Below are positions 40,403 through 50,711 of a stretch of DNA of 64,000 nt, piece after piece. The notes under the pieces were generated by a model that made no database searches, was not told where the DNA came from, and worked only from the letters and a program-made list of their open reading frames with translations. Position 1 is the stretch's first letter. Each line of letters begins with the position of its first letter. Origin of the DNA: Patescibacteria group bacterium (GTDB taxonomy: Bacteria; Patescibacteriota; Minisyncoccia; Phycocordibacterales; UBA1550); assembly GCA_038062675.1 (NCBI GenBank), contig JBBTWP010000001.1, positions 48,920 through 112,919 on the forward strand. The letters are read 5' to 3'. The translations under genes and the position numbers were made by a program.

Positions 40403-40837
40403 ATGGGAAAAAAACGAATTATCAAAAAAGAAGGACAAAGCGTTGATCAGGGATTGGTATCTCGCGCTCTTGGACGTCAGGCAAAAAAGAAACACGTTGC
40501 AGGAACGCTTTTTGTGCAATCAACGTACAACAACACGAAAGTACTCCTTTCAGACAAGAAGGGGAATGCGCTTGCGTGGTCTTCGAGTGGCTCGCTTGGT
40601 TTCAAGGGAGCAAAGAAAGGAACTCCATTCGCAGCAGCAAAAGTTGGCGAATTGGTTGGAGAGCGCGCTGTCATCATGGGCATTAAAGAGGTTGACGTGG
40701 TGGTAAAGGGTGTTGGATCAGGTCGCGAGAGTTCAATTCGTGCCTTTAACTCAAAAGGTATCGACATTACGCTTATCCGCGACATGACCCCTGTTCCTCA
40801 CAACGGACCAAAGCCAAAGAAGCCCCGAAGAATTTAA
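40403..40837 (+). CDS. rpsK: 30S ribosomal protein S11
   Basis: Conserved S11 core (TFNNTKVLLSD...GSLGFKGAKKGTPFAA). Confidence 0.95.
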   Translation: MGKKRIIKKEGQSVDQGLVSRALGRQAKKKHVAGTLFVQSTYNNTKVLLSDKKGNALAWSSSGSLGFKGAKKGTPFAAAKVGELVGERAVIMGIKEVDVVVKGVGSGRESSIRAFNSKGIDITLIRDMTPVPHNGPKPKKPRRI

Positions 40838-40853
40838 TATATTATTATACATT

Positions 40854-41468
40854 ATGAGCAGAGTTACCTGTAAAATTTGTCGTCGACTTGGAGAATCAAT
40901 TTGTGGCCGCGAAAAGTGTGCTTTTAAGAAGCGCCCGTATCCGCCAGGAAAGTTGCTTTCTGAGAAGAAGCATCGTGCAACGTTGACCGACTTCGGTCGC
41001 CAGCTTCGTGAGACGCAAAAGGTGCGCAATACTTACGGGCTCAGTGAAAAGCAGTTTAGTAATTACGTAAAAGAAGCTTCCGGAAAACAGGGAGTGAATC
41101 CTTCTGAATATCTTTTTGAAGCACTTGAGTCTCGTCTCGACAACGCCGTCTTTCGTGCTGGCTTTGCTCCTGCTCGCTCTGTGGCGCGTCAAATCGTAAA
41201 TCACGGACATATTACGGTAAATGGTCGTCGCACCAACATCCCTTCACGCCGGCTAAAGCTGGGCGACATCCTCACTATTCGCGAGGGAAGTAAAAAATCC
41301 AAACTTTTTGAAGGAATTTCTGAGAAGTTGAAAAATACACCAGCAGCGACAACATGGATGAAGATTGACGCAGAGAAACAAACGGCACACTTCCAAGGCA
41401 AACCAAAGCTTGGACAGGTGGAACAAGCATTTAATCTTACTGCCATTGTTGAATTTTATAGCCGTTAA
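40854..41468 (+). CDS. rpsD: 30S ribosomal protein S4
   Basis: N-terminal C4 zinc finger plus S4 domain. Confidence 0.95.
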   Translation: MSRVTCKICRRLGESICGREKCAFKKRPYPPGKLLSEKKHRATLTDFGRQLRETQKVRNTYGLSEKQFSNYVKEASGKQGVNPSEYLFEALESRLDNAVFRAGFAPARSVARQIVNHGHITVNGRRTNIPSRRLKLGDILTIREGSKKSKLFEGISEKLKNTPAATTWMKIDAEKQTAHFQGKPKLGQVEQAFNLTAIVEFYSR

Positions 41469-41539
41469 TGGGCGATAAGAAAAAGAGTTGCATTTATTAA
41501 ATAAATAAGGTATAGTTTCATTGTTTAAATTACATCATC

Positions 41540-42505
41540 ATGCTCGACTATAACATCACATTGCCGTCAAAACCAAAGGTTCTTGCGGAAGATAATTTTA
41601 AAGGAAGTTATGAAATTGAGGGCTTGTACCCTGGGTATGGTCACACGTTGGGCAATTCACTTCGTCGCATTATTTTGTCGTCACTTTTGGGTGCCGCTAT
41701 TACAACGGTAAAAATTGAAGGCGCAGCTCATGAATTTTCTACACTTGAAGGTGTCAAAGAAGATGTAATCACCATCTTGCTCAATTTGAAAAAAGTTCGC
41801 TTTAAACTTGCAACTGTTGAACCACAAGTAGTTACTCTTTCGGTAAAAGGCGCAAAAACAGTAACTGCCGGAGATATTACGGTTGGTGGACAGGTTGAAG
41901 TGTTGAATCCAGAGTTGCCTCTCGCAACACTTACCGACAAGAACGCATCTCTCACTATTGAAATCACTGTTGCAAAGGGCTTCGGATATGTTTCAAAAGA
42001 GGTGCATCAGAAAGACAAGGTTGATATTGGCACTATTGCTGTTGATGCAATTTTTACACCTATTCGTCGTGTGAACTATGAAGTTGATAACATGCGCGTT
42101 GGTGATCGTACAGACTACAATCGTTTGAAAATCAGTATTGAAACTGATGGCACTATTACCCCTCGTCGCGCACTCGAGTCTTCTATTGAGATCATGATTA
42201 ATCAGCTCAAGGCGGTTATCGGTTTTATTGAGCATGATGAAGCAGCAGAAACCACTGAAACTGTCTCGGAGGAAAAGGGAACTAAAAAAGATCCTGCTGA
42301 TAGCGAATTTCTCAAAACACGTATTGAGAGCCTTGACCTTTCTACGCGTACCGCCAATGCACTTGCTCATGCAAATGTTCGTACTGTGGGCGGTCTTGCG
42401 CGAAAGAGCGAGGAAGACCTTCTTGAGATCGACGGATTGGGCGACAAAGGAATTCAGGAGATTAAGCGCGTTCTTGGTTCACACAACCTCGTGCTCCGCA
42501 ATTAA
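41540..42505 (+). CDS. rpoA: DNA-directed RNA polymerase subunit alpha
   Basis: alpha-NTD GYGHTLGNSLRRILLSS; alpha-CTD helix-hairpin-helix. Confidence 0.95.
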   Translation: MLDYNITLPSKPKVLAEDNFKGSYEIEGLYPGYGHTLGNSLRRIILSSLLGAAITTVKIEGAAHEFSTLEGVKEDVITILLNLKKVRFKLATVEPQVVTLSVKGAKTVTAGDITVGGQVEVLNPELPLATLTDKNASLTIEITVAKGFGYVSKEVHQKDKVDIGTIAVDAIFTPIRRVNYEVDNMRVGDRTDYNRLKISIETDGTITPRRALESSIEIMINQLKAVIGFIEHDEAAETTETVSEEKGTKKDPADSEFLKTRIESLDLSTRTANALAHANVRTVGGLARKSEEDLLEIDGLGDKGIQEIKRVLGSHNLVLRN

Positions 42506-42528
42506 CATAAAGAAATTAAGTTACCATT

Positions 42529-42888
42529 ATGAAACACCACAAGTCGATGAGAAAATTTGGACGAGATCACGCAGGACGCGTAGCGCTTTTTCGTTCGCTC
42601 GCGCTCGCACTTATTGATCACGAGCAAATCAAGACCACTGAAGCGCGCGCAAAAGAACTCCGCCCACTCATTGAAAGCATGGTGACACGCGGACGTAAAA
42701 CAGACCTTGCTTCACGCCGCCTTCTTATTGCTCGCTTGGGCGGTGTTTCTGGCGAGGCTGGAGCAAAAAAACTCATTGAAGAAATCGCACCACGTTACGC
42801 CACTCGTCCGGGCGGATATACGCGCATTATTAAACTGCCTCGTCGAGGTGGGGACGCAAGCCCGATGGCAGTTATTGAATTTGTATAA
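42529..42888 (+). CDS. rplQ: 50S ribosomal protein L17
   Basis: KFGRDHAGRVALFRSLA... Confidence 0.9.
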   Translation: MKHHKSMRKFGRDHAGRVALFRSLALALIDHEQIKTTEARAKELRPLIESMVTRGRKTDLASRRLLIARLGGVSGEAGAKKLIEEIAPRYATRPGGYTRIIKLPRRGGDASPMAVIEFV

Positions 42889-42895
42889 TAATTTT

Positions 42896-43240
42896 ATGGA
42901 ACACACGATTGACGCAACAGGAAAATCTGTAGGACGCATCGCCACCGAGGCGGCGTCGGTTCTCATGGGTAAAACCTCACCAACATTCCAGAGGAATTTG
43001 GTCGCCGATGTTCAGGTGGTTATTCAGAATGCATCAAAGGCAACAATTGCTCCCCGCAAAAGAAAGGAAGTTCACATGAAGCTCTATTCTGGTTACCCAG
43101 GAGGACTTAAAGAACGCACTATTGCTAAAACAATCGAAACAAAAGGCTACAGTGAGGTGTTTGTTCACGCAATCAGTCGCATGATTCCTCGCAATCGCCT
43201 TCACAAGGAGCGAATGAAACGTTTAATGGTTACTGAATAA
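42896..43240 (+). CDS. rplM: 50S ribosomal protein L13
   Basis: IDATGKSVGRIATEAASVLMGK; in-frame ATG at 42896. Confidence 0.9.
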   Translation: MEHTIDATGKSVGRIATEAASVLMGKTSPTFQRNLVADVQVVIQNASKATIAPRKRKEVHMKLYSGYPGGLKERTIAKTIETKGYSEVFVHAISRMIPRNRLHKERMKRLMVTE

Positions 43241-43241
43241 T

Positions 43242-43715
43242 ATGACTACTACCACAGAAAAAAAAATAAAAACGACAAGCGAGGCCGTAAAAACGCCTGC
43301 AGTCAAGGCAGTAAAGAAGGCGAGTGCTCGTTATATTGAAGCAGTAGGACGTCGTAAGACTTCTACGGCACGCGTACGTATAACTCCAGCAACAAAAGAA
43401 AGTGTCATCGTGAATAGCAAAACTGTTCCTGTTTATTTTCCTACCGCTGAAATGCAATTTATTGTGAATGATCCATTGGTTAAATCAAAAGTTGCAGAAA
43501 AATTTTTAATTACGGTAGTTGTTCGCGGAGGAGGAATCCACTCTCAAGCAGAAGCGTTTCGTCATGGACTTTCGCGTGCATTGGTCAAGTATGACGAGGA
43601 GACAAGAACTCGTTTAAAGAAACTTGGATTCTTGAAACGCGATCCTCGCATGAAAGAGCGCCGAAAGTTCGGTCTCAAAAAGGCCCGCAAGGCACCACAA
43701 TGGTCAAAGCGTTAA
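43242..43715 (+). CDS. rpsI: 30S ribosomal protein S9
   Basis: GRRKTSTARVR...GGGIHSQAEAFRHGLSRAL...KRDPRMKERRKFGLKKARKAPQWSKR. Confidence 0.9.
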   Translation: MTTTTEKKIKTTSEAVKTPAVKAVKKASARYIEAVGRRKTSTARVRITPATKESVIVNSKTVPVYFPTAEMQFIVNDPLVKSKVAEKFLITVVVRGGGIHSQAEAFRHGLSRALVKYDEETRTRLKKLGFLKRDPRMKERRKFGLKKARKAPQWSKR

Positions 43716-43745
43716 TTTACCCCCTACGCTCGACAATATCGAAAA

Positions 43746-43780
43746 AAAAGAGAAATTATCAAAAGTAGTTTCTCTTTTTT
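43746..43780 (+). terminator. rho-independent terminator
   Basis: aaaagagaaa...tttctctttt stem plus T-run. Confidence 0.6.
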
Positions 43781-43813
43781 CGTGAGGCATGATACGATAA
43801 GAAATGAACTACT

Positions 43814-44461
43814 ATGAATGATACAAACGATGATTTTAAAGGAAAAACACTCTCAGAAGACGCTCAAAACAGCAATGTTGCACAACCGCTTGACACCATG
43901 ACAGATGGTATATATAGTGATGATGTGCAGTTTGAGTCAACCGATGAGAGTGGCGAAAACCAGGCGCTCGTTTTGAAGAAAATGCGTGAAAAACTTCACA
44001 CATGCGAGTCGGAAAAGAAGGAATATCTCGATGGTTGGCAACGCATGCGCGCTGATTTTGCAAACGCTCGCAAAGAAGAAGATGCACGGCGCGGAGACTT
44101 GATAAAATTTGCTTCAGAAGGGCTCGTGGAAGACATGCTCCCCATTCTCGACAGTTTTGGAATGGCATTTGCCAACAAAGAATCATGGGAAAAAGTTGAT
44201 GCAAATTGGCGCAAAGGAGTTGAGTATATTCACAGTCAACTTCTCTCAGTTCTTGAGTCTCGTGGGCTTGCTCCCATCGGCATGGTAGGGGAAAAAGTAG
44301 ATCCGCGATTGCACATTGCGATTGATGTCATTCCCACTAAAGACGAAAAACAAGAAGATGTAGTTGCAGAAGTTATACAAAAAGGATACCGGCTTCATAG
44401 CAAAGTTATTCGTCCCGCAAAAGTAAAAGTATTCGGACATCTTGAAAAAGATTCACAATAA
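43814..44461 (+). CDS. grpE: nucleotide exchange factor GrpE
   Basis: Coiled coil plus conserved GrpE C-terminus (YLDGWQRMRADFANARKE). Confidence 0.9.
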   Translation: MNDTNDDFKGKTLSEDAQNSNVAQPLDTMTDGIYSDDVQFESTDESGENQALVLKKMREKLHTCESEKKEYLDGWQRMRADFANARKEEDARRGDLIKFASEGLVEDMLPILDSFGMAFANKESWEKVDANWRKGVEYIHSQLLSVLESRGLAPIGMVGEKVDPRLHIAIDVIPTKDEKQEDVVAEVIQKGYRLHSKVIRPAKVKVFGHLEKDSQ

Positions 44462-44504
44462 TAAAGTCGAATTTTAATCATTTTAAACAATTACGAACAA
44501 ACAT

Positions 44505-46409
44505 ATGGCAAAAATTTTAGGCATTGATCTTGGCACAACAAACTCTGCAATGGCAATCATTGAGGGAGGTGAACCGCGCATTGTGGAGAATATTGAAGGA
44601 GTGCGCACTACACCATCCGTTATTACGGTTTCAAAGAGTGGAGAGCGTCTTGTGGGGCTCTTGGCGAAGCGTCAAGCAGTTACCAATCCAAAGAACACCT
44701 TGTATGGTGTGAAGCGTTTGATCGGCCACACCTTTGAAGACGATGGTGTGCAGCGCGATAAAAAGACTTCACCGTTTGCCATTGAGCGTTCGGAAGACGG
44801 TGGGGTGAAGGTAAAAATGGGGGACCGATTGTATCGCCCTGAGGAGATTTCTGCTATGGTGCTCCAGAAGCTCAAGCAAGATGCTGAGGCAAAGCTTGGC
44901 GAAAAAATTACCGAGGCGGTGATTACGGTACCTGCATATTTTAACGATTCTCAGCGCAAGGCAACAAAAGATGCTGGGCAGATTGCCGGTTTTGACGTAA
45001 AGCGCATCATCAACGAGCCTACTGCAGCGGCACTTGCATACGGTTTTAATAAAAAGAAAGATGAAAAGATTGTCGTCTATGACTTTGGTGGAGGAACGTT
45101 CGACGTTTCCGTGCTTGAGGTTGGTGATGATGTAATTGAAGTGAAGTCGACCGATGGTGATGTGCACATGGGCGGAGAAGACATTGATCAAAAAATCATT
45201 CGCTTTATTGCGGACGAATTTAAAAAGGAGTCCGGTATCGATGTTTCAAATGACATCATGGCCCTTCAGCGCCTCAAAGAAGCGGCAGAGAAAGCAAAGC
45301 ATGAGCTCTCGACTACTCTCGACGCGGAGATTAACATTCCGTTCATCACCTCAACAGCAGAAGGTCCTCAGCACTTACAGCTTAAAATGTCGCGCACTAA
45401 ACTCGAAGAACTCGCGCGTGAGTATATAGACAAATCAATCGAGATCACCAAGCGTGCTCTCGCGGCGTCACCGTTCAAAAAAGAAGACATCAATGAAATC
45501 ATCATGGTGGGTGGACAGACGCGCATGCCGGCGATTGTTAACGCTGTAAAAGAACTCTTCGGCAAGGAGCCTAATCGCTCAATCAATCCGGACGAAGTGG
45601 TGGCTATTGGTGCGGCTATTCAAGCAGGTATTCTTCAGGGAGACGTAAAGGATGTGTTGCTCTTGGATGTTATCCCACTTTCTCTCGGCATTGAAACATT
45701 TGGCAATGTGGCAACTAAACTTATTGAAAAAAATACAACAATCCCTGCGTCGCGTTCGCAAGTTTTCTCTACAGCTTCTGACAATCAAACTTCTGTTGAA
45801 ATTCATGTGGTGCAAGGCGAGCGTCCTATGGCACCCGACAACAAATCTCTCGGACGATTCATTCTTGATGGCATTCCGCCATCTCCGCGTGGACTTCCGC
45901 AAGTGGAAGTTACCTTTGATGTGGACGCAAACGGTATTCTTCAGGTGAAAGCAAAAGAAAAAACAACCGGCAAGGAACAGTCTATTCGTATCGAGGCAAG
46001 TTCGGGCTTGACCAAGGACGACATTGCGCGCATGCAAAAAGAAGCTGAGATGAATGCGGCAGAGGATGCAAAGAAGCGCGATGCAGCTGAAGTGAAGAAT
46101 ACTCTTGAGCAACTTGTGTATACCGCAGAAAAATCATTGCGCGATGGTGGCGATAAAGTTCCTGCTGATATTAAAACTGCAGTTGAAGGAAAGCTTGCGC
46201 TTGCAAAGACGGCAAGTGTCGGTTCAAACATTGAAGAAATGAAAAAAGCATCCGGTGAACTTTCAGCTGAACTTCAAAAGATTGGCGAGGCGATGATGAA
46301 AAACCAAGAAGCGCCAAAAGAGGGCACGCAAGGTGCGCCTGAAGCGAAGGATGGTGAAGGAACCGTGCGTGATGCAAACTACACAGAGGGGGAGGAGGGG
46401 AAAAAGTAG
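44505..46409 (+). CDS. dnaK: molecular chaperone DnaK (Hsp70)
   Basis: [17 protein letters not shown] and [13 protein letters not shown] motifs. Confidence 0.97.
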   Translation: MAKILGIDLGTTNSAMAIIEGGEPRIVENIEGVRTTPSVITVSKSGERLVGLLAKRQAVTNPKNTLYGVKRLIGHTFEDDGVQRDKKTSPFAIERSEDGGVKVKMGDRLYRPEEISAMVLQKLKQDAEAKLGEKITEAVITVPAYFNDSQRKATKDAGQIAGFDVKRIINEPTAAALAYGFNKKKDEKIVVYDFGGGTFDVSVLEVGDDVIEVKSTDGDVHMGGEDIDQKIIRFIADEFKKESGIDVSNDIMALQRLKEAAEKAKHELSTTLDAEINIPFITSTAEGPQHLQLKMSRTKLEELAREYIDKSIEITKRALAASPFKKEDINEIIMVGGQTRMPAIVNAVKELFGKEPNRSINPDEVVAIGAAIQAGILQGDVKDVLLLDVIPLSLGIETFGNVATKLIEKNTTIPASRSQVFSTASDNQTSVEIHVVQGERPMAPDNKSLGRFILDGIPPSPRGLPQVEVTFDVDANGILQVKAKEKTTGKEQSIRIEASSGLTKDDIARMQKEAEMNAAEDAKKRDAAEVKNTLEQLVYTAEKSLRDGGDKVPADIKTAVEGKLALAKTASVGSNIEEMKKASGELSAELQKIGEAMMKNQEAPKEGTQGAPEAKDGEGTVRDANYTEGEEGKK

Positions 46410-46423
46410 GACGCTCGGCTCGT

Positions 46424-46501
46424 TTGGTTTGAAATGCACGCATAATTTTTTGCTAAAAATTTGCTCTGCTCGCGCCGTCGCGCTGTGCAAGGCATTTCAA
46501 A
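46424..46501 (+). promoter_or_regulatory. 12-bp long-range inverted repeat in the dnaK-dnaJ spacer
   Basis: ggtttgaaatgc ... gcatttcaaacc, 54 nt apart; not CIRCE. Confidence 0.35.
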
Positions 46502-46553
46502 CCAAAGAGCCTCGCTTTAAGGTTGGATACACAGGAAACCTCCGAACACTGAA

Positions 46554-47630
46554 ATGGCAAAAGATTATTACAAAATATTGGGGGTAGATAAAAAGGCAAG
46601 CGCGGACGAAATTAAAAAAGCGTTCCGTAAGCTCGCGCACCAGCATCACCCCGACAAAGGGGGTGATGAGAAGAAGTTCAAGGAAGCCAGCGAAGCGTAC
46701 CAAGTGCTCTCGGACGACAAAAAGCGTGCCTCGTATGATACGTATGGAGAAGCGGGGGCGCAAGGGTTTGGTGGGCACGGAGGAGGGCAGGGTTTCGATC
46801 CTTCAGGCTTCGGTGGTTTTAACACGCAGGGGTTTAGTGGCGATATTGACCTCAATGACATTTTCGGAGAGTTTTTTGGCGGTGGACGCCGAACGGCTCC
46901 TGAAAAGCGTCGTGGGCGAGATGTTTCTGTTGACCTTGAAGTTTCTTTTTCCGAAGCAATTTTCGGCGTGAAGCGCAAGGTGCTCATCACCAAAACTTCT
47001 TCTTGCACCACGTGTGATGGTACGGGCGCAAAGAGTGGTACTCCAATGAAGACCTGCGCCACCTGTGAAGGAAAGGGGAGTATTGAGGAAACAAAACGTT
47101 CGTTCTTGGGCGTCTTTTCACAAACACGCGAATGTTCGACATGTGCTGGTGTGGGGAAAATCCCTGAACAAAAATGTGCGGAATGCAAAGGACATGGCGT
47201 GCTTCGTCGTGAGAGTGAGCTTACCATTGAAATTCCAGCAGGTATCCAACATGGAGAGATGGTGCGCCTTTCTGGCGCGGGGGAGGCGATACAGAATGGA
47301 ACTTCGGGTGACTTGTATGTGAGAATCCGTGTCGCCCCACACAAAGTATTCCATCGTGAGGGACAAAATCTCGTTATGCATCTTTCAGTGAAATTCACTG
47401 ACGCTATTTTGGGCGCCGAATATCCAATAGAAACATTGGACGGCAAAATAGATTTGTCGATTCCGAAAGGGGTGTCGTCGGGTGAGGTTCTGCGTGTGCG
47501 CGGCAAGGGGGTGCCCATGGGCGCCAAGCATCGTGGTGACCTCCTCATAAAACTTGAAATAAAAACCCCCACCAAACTTTCCCGCCAAGCACTCAAGCTT
47601 GTTGAGGGGTTGAGAGGGGAGGGGGTGTAG
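46554..47630 (+). CDS. dnaJ: molecular chaperone DnaJ
   Basis: J-domain HPD motif; G/F region; four CxxCxGxG repeats. Confidence 0.95.
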   Translation: MAKDYYKILGVDKKASADEIKKAFRKLAHQHHPDKGGDEKKFKEASEAYQVLSDDKKRASYDTYGEAGAQGFGGHGGGQGFDPSGFGGFNTQGFSGDIDLNDIFGEFFGGGRRTAPEKRRGRDVSVDLEVSFSEAIFGVKRKVLITKTSSCTTCDGTGAKSGTPMKTCATCEGKGSIEETKRSFLGVFSQTRECSTCAGVGKIPEQKCAECKGHGVLRRESELTIEIPAGIQHGEMVRLSGAGEAIQNGTSGDLYVRIRVAPHKVFHREGQNLVMHLSVKFTDAILGAEYPIETLDGKIDLSIPKGVSSGEVLRVRGKGVPMGAKHRGDLLIKLEIKTPTKLSRQALKLVEGLRGEGV

Positions 47631-47643
47631 GGGAACTAATGTT

Positions 47644-48711
47644 ATGGTAAAAAATTATGCACTTAAGTGGATTAAAGATATGACACCATACTCCCCTCCG
47701 CTGGGCGGTAGGTTGAATTTTTCTGGCGACTTACTTGATTTTAATGAGAGAGTGACGACGCCGTCAAAAAAAGTAACAACAGCACTCATCGCATTTTTTC
47801 GCAAAGGAAAGATACAGAGGTACCCAGAATATGCTGATTTGCAAGAGAAGATTTCTAAATATGCAAAGGTGCTTGCAAATCAGGTAATGATTACAAACGG
47901 TTCTGACCACGGCATTGACGTTATTTTTCGGACTTTTGTTGGTAAAAATGACACCATTGTAATACCTGCGCCAACTTTCCCAATGTTTATGCAGTACGCA
48001 CAGATGATAGGGTGTCGAGTTGCAAAAGTTCCCTACGAGAAAATAGACTTCAAGTTTCCCGCGGCAGAAATTCTTCAATTGCTTAAAAACAAGAATCCCA
48101 AGCTTATTATTATCTGTAATCCAAATAATCCAACAGGCAGTGTTATTTCAATGAAAGATATTGAGGTAATCGTACTAAAGGCTCCTGATTCGATTTTTAT
48201 GATAGACGAGGCATACTTTGAGTTTTCGGGGATAAGCGCAACCTCGCTTCTTAAGAAATTCCCGAACATCGTCATCGTCAGAACTTTCTCCAAGGCTTTT
48301 GGGCTTGCATCACTACGTATAGGATATGTTATCGCCAGCGAGCAACACATTGAAGAGATGATGAAAGTTCGTGGGCCATACGCCGTAAACATGGCTGCAC
48401 ATATTGCAGCAAATGCCGCGCTTGATGATATTGAGGATATGAAAATGTATGTGCAAGAAGTAATGACAAAAGCAAAACCTCTTCTCGAAACATTTTTCAA
48501 AAAAAATAGTATTCCATTTTATAAATCTGGAGCAAATTTTATACTCTTCGAACCCAAAAATAAACAAGAAGTATATGAGCATTTTAAAAAGAACGATATC
48601 TTAGTTCGCCCACAGCGCGCCCCAGAGATACAAGACATGCTTCGCGTGAGTATTGGAACCGTTAAGCAGATGAACCGATTTATTAAGGTATATTCACAAT
48701 TATTGGGTTAG
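47644..48711 (+). CDS. class I/II PLP-dependent aminotransferase, HisC-like
   Basis: NPNNPTG motif and RTFSKAFGLASLRIGY PLP-lysine motif. Confidence 0.8.
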   Translation: MVKNYALKWIKDMTPYSPPLGGRLNFSGDLLDFNERVTTPSKKVTTALIAFFRKGKIQRYPEYADLQEKISKYAKVLANQVMITNGSDHGIDVIFRTFVGKNDTIVIPAPTFPMFMQYAQMIGCRVAKVPYEKIDFKFPAAEILQLLKNKNPKLIIICNPNNPTGSVISMKDIEVIVLKAPDSIFMIDEAYFEFSGISATSLLKKFPNIVIVRTFSKAFGLASLRIGYVIASEQHIEEMMKVRGPYAVNMAAHIAANAALDDIEDMKMYVQEVMTKAKPLLETFFKKNSIPFYKSGANFILFEPKNKQEVYEHFKKNDILVRPQRAPEIQDMLRVSIGTVKQMNRFIKVYSQLLG

Positions 48712-48748
48712 AAAAATCGCTAACGAATGGGCACTTGACAAGTAGCCG

Positions 48749-48785
48749 CATAAAAAGGTATGCTCTTTACATGGTAGTAGCGCTC
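48749..48785 (+). promoter_or_regulatory. TTGACAAGT...CATAAAA promoter-like motif, copy 1
   Basis: cacttgacaagtagccgcataaaaaggtatgct; the same motif recurs at 50636 and 51235. Confidence 0.4.
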
Positions 48786-48875
48786 AAAAGCATCTTTGTC
48801 GGATATTCATATAGCTATTATAGCTCACGCAGATGAGACTTGTTTAAGGTGCTGAAAAAATAATTTCAACCTCTC

Positions 48876-48908
48876 AAACTGGCCTCATCCGAGGCCAGTT
48901 TGTTCTTT
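48876..48908 (+). terminator. rho-independent terminator
   Basis: aaactggcctc-atcc-gaggccagttt plus T-run. Confidence 0.8.
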
Positions 48909-48948
48909 ATACGATTAAAATCGGATTATAATTTATAGGAGGTGTGCC

Positions 48949-49641
48949 ATGTTTGTTGCGAACTCTCTTGATGGAGGTATTTGCAAAATATCAGATTGGT
49001 CCGAGCAGCTGGCTACGCTTACTCGGACTGCCTGGACAGGTAAAGATGGTAAATGTTATTTTCCTTACCTACCCCTTACTACAAAGGAACATTGGGAACA
49101 ATCTGTGCTTAAGCAATGGGAAAGTAATGAGATGGTTTCATGGGTTCTAGTTTCAGGCCATGGGCGAATCCTTGCTCACGTGGCTGTTGTTAAAAGGCAC
49201 GGATATCACGAGCTCGGTAGGTTTGTTGCTTATCCTGATAGTCCTAAAAATGCAGTCACCAGTCTTTGTTATGAAGCGATGAGCTACGTTTCAGTTATTG
49301 GAGACCCCGTACTTGTTGAAACGACTCAGGCTCACACTGCTTCGCAATTTATTTGCGAGAAGATTGGGCTCAGATTTGCGGGCATTGGATTTCTTTCCGT
49401 TGTTGATGATATATCGTGGGACATAATTTACTACGATAATCTCGATGTTGAAGATTTTGTTCCGCAAGAAGGTATTCTCGGGGACCCCCTCCGTAAACCA
49501 GTTGTTCGTCTACCAGAGCATAAAGACAGACTTGAGATAGTTCGCGGAATTCTTTCTTGTGAGCAGGGTGGAGATATTCCACCATCAAAATTTCATGTCT
49601 TGCCACATCGACTTGAAGTAGTTCGATTAATCGTTAGTTAA
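48949..49641 (+). CDS. hypothetical protein, possibly GNAT-fold N-domain
   Basis: Strong SD AGGAGGTG; GNAT-like segment ...HGYHELGRF...QFICEKIGLRFAGIG; weak call. Confidence 0.35.
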   Translation: MFVANSLDGGICKISDWSEQLATLTRTAWTGKDGKCYFPYLPLTTKEHWEQSVLKQWESNEMVSWVLVSGHGRILAHVAVVKRHGYHELGRFVAYPDSPKNAVTSLCYEAMSYVSVIGDPVLVETTQAHTASQFICEKIGLRFAGIGFLSVVDDISWDIIYYDNLDVEDFVPQEGILGDPLRKPVVRLPEHKDRLEIVRGILSCEQGGDIPPSKFHVLPHRLEVVRLIVS

Positions 49642-49671
49642 CTTGTTTTTTGGGTTAAAATATAGTATAAT

Positions 49672-49703
49672 AGCATGGAGATTCAAATCTCCATGCTATT
49701 TTT
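49672..49703 (+). terminator. hairpin plus T-run abutting the next start codon
   Basis: agcatggagat-tcaa-atctccatgct-attttt, then the ATG at 49704. Confidence 0.6.
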
Positions 49704-50639
49704 ATGACAGAAATTGAAGAATTATTGATTGAGCTTGTAAAGATACCATCTGTCTCTGGGCAGGAGAAAAAGGTCGGTGACTTTATTATTTCACAATTAG
49801 CTGATATAAAAGGTCTGAAAATTCAAAAACAGAAAGTTAGCAAGGATAGATTTAATTTAGTTGTTAAAAAGGGCAAGTCAAAAAAATGGCTAGTTGCTCA
49901 CATGGATACAGTTCCAGGAAACTTGCCTTGTCGTATAACAAAAGACAAAATATTTGGACGTGGTGCTTGTGACAATAAGCAAAGCATCGCTGCCTCCATT
50001 ATCCTTGCCCGCCAACTAGAAAATATTAATATTCTTTTTACGGTCGGAGAAGAGGTTGATTTTTCAGGAGCACAGAAGGCTTTCGAGAAAAGAACATGTG
50101 GAGACGCTGAGCTCGTAGTTGTGCAAGAACCTACTTGCTTCAAGATAATTACTGGTCAATGTGGCGTTATAGCTTTTTCAATTGAAACTACTGGACGAGA
50201 GCAACATTCGAGTCTGGATAAACCAAATAATGCTATTCATAAACTTTCTGAAGTTCTTTCCACCTTAATCAAGAAAAACTGGGCGGCTTTTAATATAGGA
50301 ATAATAGGAGGAGGGATTGCAGAAAATGTTGTTGCTGGTAGTGCTCGTGCGATGATCTCAGTTCGACCTCGTGATGCAAAAGAGCAAAAAGAAATTATGT
50401 TTGAACTAAAACGGCTACCTGCAAAAGTTGTTATTAATAAAAATATTCCCTCTTTTCGTTGTAATCTAGGTTATCCAGAGGCAATAGCCACTCATTTCTC
50501 TGAAATGGGATTTTTCAAGAATAGTATCCAATTTGGTGCTGGTGATATTCGGAATGCGCACACACAACAAGAATATATTCTGCGAAAAGATTTAAATATT
50601 TTACCAAAAAAATTATTAGAAATTTTATCGCGTCATTGA
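49704..50639 (+). CDS. M20 family metallopeptidase/deacylase (ArgE/DapE-like)
   Basis: VAHMDTVPG metal site and GRGACDNKQSIAA motif. Confidence 0.75.
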   Translation: MTEIEELLIELVKIPSVSGQEKKVGDFIISQLADIKGLKIQKQKVSKDRFNLVVKKGKSKKWLVAHMDTVPGNLPCRITKDKIFGRGACDNKQSIAASIILARQLENINILFTVGEEVDFSGAQKAFEKRTCGDAELVVVQEPTCFKIITGQCGVIAFSIETTGREQHSSLDKPNNAIHKLSEVLSTLIKKNWAAFNIGIIGGGIAENVVAGSARAMISVRPRDAKEQKEIMFELKRLPAKVVINKNIPSFRCNLGYPEAIATHFSEMGFFKNSIQFGAGDIRNAHTQQEYILRKDLNILPKKLLEILSRH

Positions 50640-50711
50640 CAAGTTCGTCATAAAATGTGAGGATAGCAGGGTGTTAAGGGTCAGTTCGTTAATGTTTTTA
50701 AGGAGATAAGC
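50629..50711 (+). promoter_or_regulatory. duplicated promoter/leader copy A (TTGACAAGT..CATAAAATGTGAG..AATGTTTTTAAGGAGATA)
   Basis: About 75% identical to 51228-51312, including the identical RBS region. Confidence 0.55.

Noticed and set aside
43716-43813. CIRCE/HrcA operator upstream of grpE-dnaK-dnaJ
   Set aside because: No TTAGCACTC-N9-GAGTGCTAA or a close variant is present anywhere in the window.
49672-49697. tRNA-like T-arm (ggaga-ttcaaat-tctcc) or tRNA fragment serving as an integration site
   Set aside because: The sequence folds more simply as an 11-bp hairpin with a 4-nt loop. No D-arm, anticodon arm or CCA context is present, so it is called a terminator or leader hairpin.
50636-50660. 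Reading TTGACA...TAAAAT as a canonical -35/-10 pair
   Set aside because: The spacer would be only 9-10 nt. The TTGACA is kept as a likely -35 and the conserved CATAAAATGTGAG block is left functionally unassigned.
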